Shown piece by piece: positions 54,162 to 64,000 of a stretch of 64,000 nucleotides of DNA. Under the pieces are notes generated by a model. It did not search any database. It worked only from the letters and a program-made list of their open reading frames with translations, and was not told the origin of the DNA. Source of the stretch: Octopus sinensis (taxonomy: Eukaryota); assembly GCF_006345805.1 (NCBI RefSeq), contig NC_043008.1:38502001-38566000 (forward strand). The letters are read 5' to 3'. Position numbers and translations under genes: made by a program. How positions within the stretch are numbered: position 1 is the first letter of the stretch; every line of letters begins with the position of its first letter.

Positions 54162-54803
54162 CACTTTGATATTCAATTATTCTTTCAAATACAATGTTTA
54201 TTCAAATAGGTTTGAATTATTCATACATTATCATGTAGCTTCAAAATGTTGGTGATGTGATTGATTGTTTACTCTTTAAATTACATTGTAGGGTAGGTGT
54301 GAGAGGCTGGATCTGTCCAGCTTGAACATATATTTGGCCAGATATAGCTAGTTGAAGTTAGGCTGTGAGCTGGCAGAAACGCTAACATGCTGGACGAAAT
54401 GCTTAGTGGTATTTCGTCTGCTGTTACATTCCAAGTTCAAATTCCGTCAAGGTCGACTTTGCCTTTCATCATTTTAGGGTCTATAAATTAAGTACCAGTT
54501 ATGCACTGGGGTCGATATAATCGACTTAATCCCTTTGTCTGTCCTTGTTTGTCCCCTCTATGTTTAGCTGCTTGTGGGTAATAAAGAAAGAGGTATTTCA
54601 TCTGCCGTTACATTCCGAGTTCAAATTCCACCGAGGTCAACTTTGCCTTTCATCCTTTTGGGATCAATAAATTAAGTACCAGTTATGCACTGCGGTCGAT
54701 GTAATCGACTTAATCCGTTTGTCTGTCCTTGTTTGTCCCCTCTATGTTTAGCCCCTTGTGGGCAATAAAGAAATAAGATATAGGTAGTTGAAGTGCTAAA
54801 GGG
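54162..54803 (-). mobile_element. piggyBac-like MITE family 1, interrupted by a SINE dimer
   Basis: CATTGTAGGGTAGGTGTGAGAGGCTGGATCTG matches 23741-23950 inverted; ends TGCTAAAGGG|TTAA. Confidence 0.8.
54359..54775 (+). mobile_element. Family D SINE dimer with 19-bp TSD
   Basis: TSD AGATATAG(C/G)TAGTTGAAGT at 54340-54358 and 54776-54794; second unit lacks the A-box head. Confidence 0.9.
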
Positions 54804-55282
54804 TTAATACCCTAGGTACTTAGTTCAATTCTACTAGGGATGGCTAAATTGTACTTTCATTTATTCAGAGCCAATTACATAAGAAAATGTTGGATGTCTT
54901 TCAATTGCTGCATACCTTAAATACCAGTGATATAATAGGAGCAATTCAATAGGTTATAGCTTTTTGCCCTCAACACTAAGTGGCCTTGAGTTTTATTTAA
55001 AAATCGATGTATCATGATGATCATCGTATTGATAATATTTACAATGTTAACAGTTACAATGAGGAAAGAAAAAAAAAACTGAGACTAATTCAGTGCAATA
55101 AATGAATCATTACAACAGTTTTGTAGGTTTGCCTGCTATGTAGTGGGTTGTTTGAAGTTAACAGTACTCAAACACCTGATTGATTCAGTTAAAAGTAGTC
55201 ACACCACTATTTCTCTATAGTTATCATAGAAATTTTTGACAAATCTACAAACAAAACCTCAGCTAGCGTCTCTGAAACATAA

Positions 55283-55313
<31 letters not shown>

Positions 55314-55577
55314 TGTATGTATGTATGTATGTATGTATGTATGTATGTATGTATGTATGTGTGTATGTATTTATATATATATATATTTATAAATGTGTGT
55401 GTGTATAAATATGTCTGTGTGTATGTATGTATATATATATATATATAAATGTGTGTGTGTCTGTATAAATATGTCTGTGTGTATGTATGTATGTATGTAT
55501 GTATGTATGTATGTGTATGTATATATATTTATGTATATATATAAATGTGTGTATGTATAAATATGTCTGTCTGTATG

Positions 55578-55611
<34 letters not shown>

Positions 55612-56639
55612 TTATGTATGTATGTATGTATGTATATATGTATGTATATATGTATGTATATGTATGTATGTATGCATGTATGTATGTGTATATATGAAAG
55701 AACAGAAATTGTATTGATCTTTCTAGTGTCTGAAGAACAACTGAAGTGAAAGAAAGTAAAGAAGATAATAAATAATTTTTTTCAAAGCATTGTAAAACAA
55801 TTTTTTGATCTTAGGTGTACAATCACATTATTTAGTCATTTTGACAATGTCGTTTAAAAGAAAAAAAAAAAATGTACAAAAAATGTAGCGAGCTCTTAAA
55901 ATAAAAGAATCCATGGAGTTTGTTACATTACAACCGTTTCTTATACACACAGATACAAACACCCATGTACACATACAGACATACACCATGCACTCTAAGT
56001 CTGCTGGGTTCATTTTTTTTTTTTTTGCAATTAACAAAACAAATTTAGATGATGCTTTCTTTGTAGTAGGAGATAGCACAGTCAACACACACACATACAC
56101 CCATGCATGCACTCAACCCCATATACATATATATATAAAGTTAATCCAAACAAGAAAACAAAAAGACAACAACGCAAGGATATGGAACAAATAAAGTATT
56201 ATTGGACGCTCAGGAAAGAAGGAATATATATATATATACACATATATACACACACATTTATATGTATATATATATATATATATATAAATATGTGCATGTA
56301 TATGTATATATACATGTGTGTATATATGTGTATGTATATATATATATATATATATGTATATACATATATACACATAGTTTTTAAATTTACAGAAAACAAA
56401 AGATGAAGACAGGTATATGACCAACAAGCAAGTATTTTTGTTTGACGCTTGGGAAAAATGAAAAAGTCTTTTACATTTCAAACCTAAGCACTTCGACAGA
56501 AAGGATTAAGAAGAAAAAAACAAAAAACAAAAAAGAGAGAGAAAAATATCTGCAGAGTTCAATGGTCCAACATATATGTATATTTGTATGTATATATAAA
56601 TACTCATATATATATATATATATATAGTTAGTTCACATC

Positions 56640-56842
56640 ATTCCATAAGGAGTAGAGGACTGTGACCATTTCATAGCCAGTGAACATGATCTTAGACTGG
56701 ATACTTAATTTCCGCATCAAAGAGACTGATTGATTCCACTTCATTTTTCACACATCCTTTCCAGGTCCTCTTAGGTCATCCAACTTCCCTCTTTCCTTCA
56801 GATTGCCAGTCTAACACTTGTCTTGCAATGCCGCTTGGAGGT
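56640..56842 (-). pseudogene. RTE LINE 3' fragment
   Basis: IARQVLDWQSEGKREVG*PKRTWKGCV. Confidence 0.7.
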
Positions 56843-56974
56843 TCAATCCAGCCCCATCTTCATATACAGCAGCATCATCATCATCATCATCATCATCATC
56901 ATTGTTCTGCTGTCAGCTGTTCCATGTTTGTAGGGATCAGATGAAAAATTTGTTGAAGTTGAATTTTCTTATTT

Positions 56975-57190
56975 CATTATTACCCACAAGGGGCTAAACA
57001 TAGAGGGAACAAACAAAGACAGACAAAGGGATTACATTGGCTCCAGTGCGTAACTAGTACTTAATTTATCGACCCCGAAAGGATGAAAGGCAAAGTCAAC
57101 CTCAGCGGAATTTGAACTCAGAACGTAGCGGCAGACAAAATACTGCTAAGCATTTTGCCCAGCGTGCTAACGTGTCTGCCAGCTCACCGT
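56975..57190 (-). mobile_element. Family D SINE
   Basis: Reverse complement of the 54361-54592 type. Confidence 0.9.
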
Positions 57191-57489
57191 CTTTTGATGT
57201 TGATTTTTTTTCTATGGCCAGATGCACTTTCTGTCACTAATCCTCACCTGTTCCCAAATGGGGTCATTTTAACCCAAGGTTAGACATGTTTATTAAGACA
57301 GACTAGAAACAACATACAACGTTCTTTGTATGAAAGTAAGGCATATTTACGACCATCACGTGACATCAAGACATGGGTAAACACAAACATACATACGCAC
57401 ACATACCTACACATGAACATACATCCTACACACACACATACATATACACACCCCCATACATATATATGTATATACATCTATATGACATG

Positions 57490-58015
57490 TGTCTTTCATT
57501 TTCTGTCTACCAAATCCACTCACAATGCTTACTCTTTTACTTTTTTACTTGTTTCAGTCATGTGACTGTGGCCATGCTGGAGCACCACCTTTAGTCGTGC
57601 AAATCGACCCCAGGACTTATTCTTTGTAAGCCTAGTACTTATTCTATGGGTCTCTTTTGCCGAACCGCTAAGTGACGGGTACGTAAACATACCATCATCG
57701 GTTGTCAAGCAATGTTGGGGGCAGAAACCCAGACAAACAAACATATACACACACATGCATATATATATATATATATATACGACGGGCTTCTTTCAGTTTC
57801 CATCTACCAAATCCACTCACAAGGCTTTGGTCGGCCAGAGGCTTTAGTAGAAGACACTTCCCCAAGGTGCCACACAGTGGGACTGAACTCAGAACCATGT
57901 GGTTGGTAAGCAAGCTACTTACCACACAGCCACTCCTACGCCTATAGAAGACATTTGGCCAAGGTACCACAGAATGGAACTGAAATCAAAACCACGTAGT
58001 TGGGAAGCAGACACA
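57490..58015 (-). mobile_element. Young SINE A (57530-57942) nested in an older SINE A of the same orientation
   Basis: Flanks 57490-57529 and 57943-58015 are consecutive parts of a diverged A head. Confidence 0.8.
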
Positions 58016-58953
58016 TCCCTGCCTGCTCTTAAAGCCACACATATACATATATACATATAAACATAAATCTATGCACACACACACATGTGCACACAATCTC
58101 TCTCTCAAACTCTCTCATTCACTCACTTTCTCTCTCTCTCTCAGCCACACCTACACTTTTAATTATTTATTTCTTTCTGCTGTCAAAAACTGGTAAGCAT
58201 TATTGATAGGTAAGTTTAGTTGAACATGACATCAGAGATAATCATCGTGATAATGTTTAAAATCTATTGGATGTTGTTTATTTTCGTTGTATATATAATT
58301 TATAAATGCTTTCACCTCTCCTCTTCAATCTCAGCTGGATTCTTTTTTGATGATCTACAGACACACTCTTCAGTATTAAGTTTCTTGTCCATATACACAC
58401 ATACACCATCGCTCATATATATTTTTACAAAATATTCTTTTATACATCTGCCAACTTGTCAGTGATACTTTATCCCATGCATATATTTATATATGTATAT
58501 AAAATCTAAATTAGCAACAAGGACATCCAGAGGTAATGCAGTATGATCGTTTCATGCAACTCCATTTAATTGACCAATGCAATCATTATATCAAGTTAAA
58601 ATGTAGAGCAATCTTCAGCCACACAAAGACAGAGAATTTAATTAAAATTGAACAGATGAACACATTAGTATAATTATGCCTAAAATCTCCAAGAAGTTAA
58701 AGCGATAGACAAAGAACATGTCTCTACTTCAGCATAGAAGTTACTAAAATTATCAAGAAGACTCTGCCTGCCACTGATTTTATTTTTTAAATAAATCTTG
58801 ATTTTTTATGACTATACCAACTAGAATGTCTGTCTACTTACTCAGCCCTACAACTAACAGATACTACCCTCAGTTCTCTCAGCCTTAGATATACAAGGGA
58901 TTTGATAAACTAGTCTATAAATTACAACTGACCCCACAAAGTAAAAGAGTCAA

Positions 58954-59029
<76 letters not shown>

Positions 59030-59057
59030 TACACACACATATATGTGTGTGTATGTG

Positions 59058-59093
<36 letters not shown>

Positions 59094-59331
59094 AACTCAT
59101 ATATGAATGTGTATACATATATCATATATATGCACCTACACACACACAGACATAAATATAAAGATACATGCATAGATACATACAAGCATACATATGTACA
59201 TACATGCACCAACACTCAGTCATACACGTGTATTACTATTGTTATCTCTGCGTGCACACATTTTCGTCAGATAATGATGATAATTTTTGTATTATACAGA
59301 GCTTTATATAAAGTTGAATAGCTGTATTTAT

Positions 59332-59415
59332 CTGAATAGGATGTTGTACTGCAAGACAGACTTTATCTCACCAAGATAAATATCTTCTTTCTTGCTAATA
59401 CAAATTATCATTCAG
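59332..59415 (-). other. 84-nt imperfect RNA hairpin enclosing a candidate 5' splice site
   Basis: Hand-folded: CUGAAU/AUUCAG, GAU/AUC, UUGUAUU/AGUACAA, GCAAGA/UCUUGC, AGAU/GUCU, UUUAUCUU/GAGAUAAA; three G-U pairs form only on the minus strand. Confidence 0.6.
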
Positions 59416-59567
59416 TGAAACCATGCCATAATAGTAATAAATGATATCGGTCTTCGGGTCATCATCGGCGCAGAACTTAAGAATGCTTTATGGTACGATG
59501 CCAATATTGTTAGTCTTGGTGATGTACATGCAAAAGTTCCAATGAAAATTAATAGAAATAATTTCAT
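59372..59567 (-). CDS. Candidate first coding exon with signal-peptide-like sequence and one in-frame TGA (59414-59412)
   Basis: MKLFLLIFIGTFACTSPRLTILASYHKAFLSSAPMMTRRPISFITIMAWFH*MIICISKKEDIYL(G) then GTGAGA; locally CpG-enriched and repeat-free. Confidence 0.4.
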
Positions 59568-59666
59568 TCAAAGTCAAGAAGTTCTAGAAAAATACTCAAT
59601 ATTCAAACATTTTGGAATTTCGATTCTATCAATTCCAAAATGACATTTTTGTTTCTTGGTTTTGTG

Positions 59667-59698
<32 letters not shown>

Positions 59699-59969
59699 AT
59701 TGTAGTTCTGTATTTTAACGTTGGATGTAAATATCTTGTTTTGATTTGAAGATTTTGCAAGGTTGGTCCAGGGCTTTTGTTAAACAGATATTTCAACTCT
59801 CAGTCTGTTCTGGAACTGGTGTTATATTAATGCCCATCTCCAGTGGATGCCATAAATAAGTGAATGAAACATGGTTTGCCGGTTATTATTTACGAAGGTA
59901 AATTTGGCCATGGTTTAAGGGTCACCAATCAAATAATGTACTTCTGTGGTTTATCAAAGAAGTGTCAAA

Positions 59970-60058
59970 ATTTGTGTGTGTGTGTGTATGTGTGCATGTG
60001 TGTGTGTATTTCTCTCTTTTTCTTTCTGTCTCTCTGTCTCTGTCTCTCTCTTTCTTTC

Positions 60059-60103
<45 letters not shown>

Positions 60104-60111
60104 ATATATAT

Positions 60112-60208
<97 letters not shown>

Positions 60209-60217
60209 TAGATAGAT

Positions 60218-60288
<71 letters not shown>

Positions 60289-60535
60289 TAGATAGATAGA
60301 TAGTTATATAAATTTATGTGCATGTGTGTGTATATATATATATGTGTGTATATTACATTTATATATATATGCATGTATGTAGGTATATATGTATATCCCT
60401 TAGATATATAAGATATAATGGATATTAAATATATATATAATATACTATACAATATACTATATACTATACACACAAACACTCACTCACTCACACTCACACA
60501 CACACAAACACACCCACACACACATATTTATATAT
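59970..60535. repeat. (TG)n-(CT)n-(CTAT)n-(TA)n-(GATA)n compound microsatellite
   Basis: Direct reading. Confidence 0.95.
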
Positions 60536-61587
60536 TTGCAAGTACATATATCTTGGAATGTATCTTGAGGCACACATGAAGCTATAGATAAAAGCATGTA
60601 ACTATAAGTTTGAAAAACCCTCTATGATAGAAATATTGGTGCTTTTGGTTGTATGTCGTATATAATATGTGAGATTGCATTCTGCATTTAGTTTGCATTC
60701 CCTTCATATTTTGAGTTCAAATTCTGTTAGGGTTAACTTCATCTTTTATCAAATAGCCATGAATAAAGCATAACAGAAAAATAAAATAAAACAATAATGA
60801 ATAAAACAATCTAATTCATTGAAATGTAGTCTTCTCTGCCAAAATTTGTGTTGTGCTTATTTCAGAAATAAATATTTATGATACGATGAAAACCAAATGA
60901 CAGAATATGTAGCTCATAAGTGAAAGATAAATGACAACTTAATTGATGTAAGTTGTGGAAAGGTTTACAGAGTTGGAAAAGCACGAGTTTATTGTCTTTA
61001 GCATTCTAGTTCACATATATATACAATGAAAAGAAATTGGTGTTTGTGTAAATAGTTAAACCCTGCTTTGACACATTTTCCTGGTGGCAGAAAAGCTCAA
61101 GAAAATAATTCACATGAAAGGTGTTCAGAACCTAACAGGGAAACTGTGAGAATTATGTAAATAAGCCTTAATGATGTATCTTAAATGTCAGTTCAGCTAT
61201 AGATAAAAGCTCATAATATATAAGGTTTATAAAAGACTTGTTTGCATATATTTTGATGCCTCGATTGTTATGTTCTAAATGTAATCAATCTTATTCTCTT
61301 GTTTGTAAGTTTAAAGTTTCAATATCAGACAGCCGAGTGCCATAAAACTCCCTAAAATGTAATGGTTTCATGATTGTCTGAGTTATAGTTGTGGTATTCT
61401 TGAAGGTTCTGTGGGTAACTTTTTTTTTTCCCTTCAAGGAGTTTTTAACCCTATGTTGTGTGAGTTATTGCTTATAGCTGGTTGGACATTTGATACATCC
61501 TTATTTGTTTATTTTCATCATGTTTTATATAAATATATCAAACTACCTTGTTACAAAAAACTCACAACTCCAAGTAAATACAATAAC

Positions 61588-62060
<473 letters not shown>

Positions 62061-63684
62061 CCTTAAACATCACCATCAGCAGCCAGCACTTTTTAACATC
62101 CTCTATGCCACACTTAGAGCATGATTGAACCTAAAAATCACATGAGTAGAAAACAAACTGTTTAACCTCACAGCTATGCTCACACTTACTAGCTACATTA
62201 CTTAAATGCAAAAGCATTCAAAACACCATAGGATTCACTGTTAAATGAGACAAGGCCACACTCGAGGCTATTTCATTTGAATACCTTATCTCTTACACCA
62301 ATGGTATTATCAGTGCTAAAGAGTTAAATCTTAGACAAAACTACTCTACTTTATATTATGATACTTCGACATATCTAACAGCTTTATAATTATTGAATTA
62401 TCAATAATAAAGGATTAAACATTAGACAAGATATATCGTTCTCTAATAGTTTCACCATATATAATGTTATTAGTATTATGAATGCTATAGAATTTACAAT
62501 ATCTTCATGGCACCATCTAGTAAACAATAGTTTAAGAATTTTTTTTTTATTATTCTTATCTCAGGAATTTATTTGTAAAATTGAAAAAAGATAAAAATTG
62601 ATAAATTTATTTATTTAAAAAAATAAAAAAAGATATGGGTGAAAATATTGTTTAGGTTAGGTTTTTTTCTTGTTTTTCATCTTGATTTTTTTTTTAAACT
62701 TCATTAAATCAATATTTGAGATATAAAGAAATATTGTTTTCTGTAGTCTATTTGAATGTGGGTGAGAAAAGAATGAGACCCAGGAATAAAAGCGATTCAC
62801 ATAAAAGAATGTCCAACCAGAAGAGAAAGAAAAATGAGATGGAAGTGAAAATCAGATTGACTTCTCTCAATAACGATAATTAGATTCTTCAAAGAAATAA
62901 AAATAAACAAAACAAAAATAAAAACATTTTAAAATTTTTAAATAAATAACAAGACTGAATGGTTTAGAGATTTCATTATACTCTAAAGTATTGAATTCAA
63001 CTCGTGATTAAAGCTGATTTTTTTTTAATATTTCTTCTATTTTTTAATTTTTTTACCTTTACTATACTTTCAGAATAGGCATATTTTGTTTGTTTTGTTG
63101 TGTCTTTGTTTTGGTTTTATCATTTTTTTTTTTGTTATTCACATGCCTGAACCTGGTATTTAAATCTCTTGTAAAGAAGTTAGTCAATATACTTGTTTGT
63201 TGTTAGAAATATAAAGCTGCAATGCATTCTTGATATGTATGAGAGAGAGAGAGAAAGAGAGACAGAAAGACAAACAGACAGACAGAGACAGAGACAGACA
63301 GGCAGAGACAGAAAAAGAGAAATACTGAGAGTTCAAATTCTTTCATTCAGTCTGCTGTAACTAATGTGAGAGGTACTTCTAAAGAAAACAAGGCTACATT
63401 AATTAATTATATAGCCTTGTTTTCTTCAGACATAGGACAATGAAATAAAAGGCATTATATGAATGATTTCCATTTTAAAATTTAAAAAAGAACTGTATGG
63501 TTGGTTTCATAGAAAGAAAAGGTACAGTCAACCAAATAATTGTTCAGATATTGATCTCAAATGTCTGAAATCCAAATACAGAAGGCAGAAACTAAAAGCT
63601 GAGGCCTTTACTTAAATGATCTACCACTTCTGCTAACTTTCTACCAGTTCTTTGATGATGCAATTACAAAGCCAGATAATTGTC

Positions 63685-64000
63685 AGGCTGGCAGCTGAGA
63701 GTGAATCTCATGGAATAGTCTAAGTTCTGAGCTCATATTATACAAACAACACTAAACCCAGATATAGTGATCTTTTCCAATTCTACCAGACATTTTGTGG
63801 GAACTAACTGTACCCTGGGGTGAACATATGGAAGATGCTCATGAGGGAAAGGTTTGCCTAACACCAGGAGCTGGTAGAGTAGAGTAGAAGCCAGGATTAG
63901 CAGGCAGGTTGCAAGGTATCTGAAGTGGGCTGCTGGGGTTTTGAGAGGAATTCACTCTGCAAAGCCCTGACTCAGTTTGGAGTCTCTGGTGCAGCAAAGA
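63685..64000 (+). pseudogene. Decayed HERO/NeSL-type non-LTR element, restriction-like endonuclease domain (runs off window)
   Basis: WQLRVNL..F..HIIQTTLNPDIVIFS..ELTVPWGEHMEDAHEGK..QELVE..EVGCWGF..SLCKAL..FG with stops and frameshifts. Confidence 0.8.

Overview
AT-rich eukaryotic (animal) genomic DNA, very dense in microsatellites [(TA)n, (AAT)n, (GATA)n, (CAT)n, (GGT)n, (TAG)n] and short retroposons. The SINE families and repeat style look like Octopus (coleoid cephalopod) DNA; this is from recollection, not a database check. Almost all supplied ORFs are microsatellite translations. Recognisable content: four tRNA-type SINE groups (called A-D here) with several nested insertions bounded by readable target-site duplications (TSDs), an old repeat (F), decayed RTE, CR1/L2, R4/Dong and HERO-type LINE fragments, two mariner relics, MITEs, a non-autonomous Helitron and Penelope-like remnants. 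No complete host CDS is visible. The best non-transposon signal is on the minus strand. A signal-peptide-like frame at 59567-59372 is interrupted by one in-frame UGA directly followed by AUG. Its 3' end and 5' splice site are folded into an 84-nt hairpin with G-U pairs only on that strand. It could join in frame to a 37-nt exon at 37210-37174 whose acceptor is also an AG|GTATGT recursive-splice-type site. That gene model is a hypothesis.
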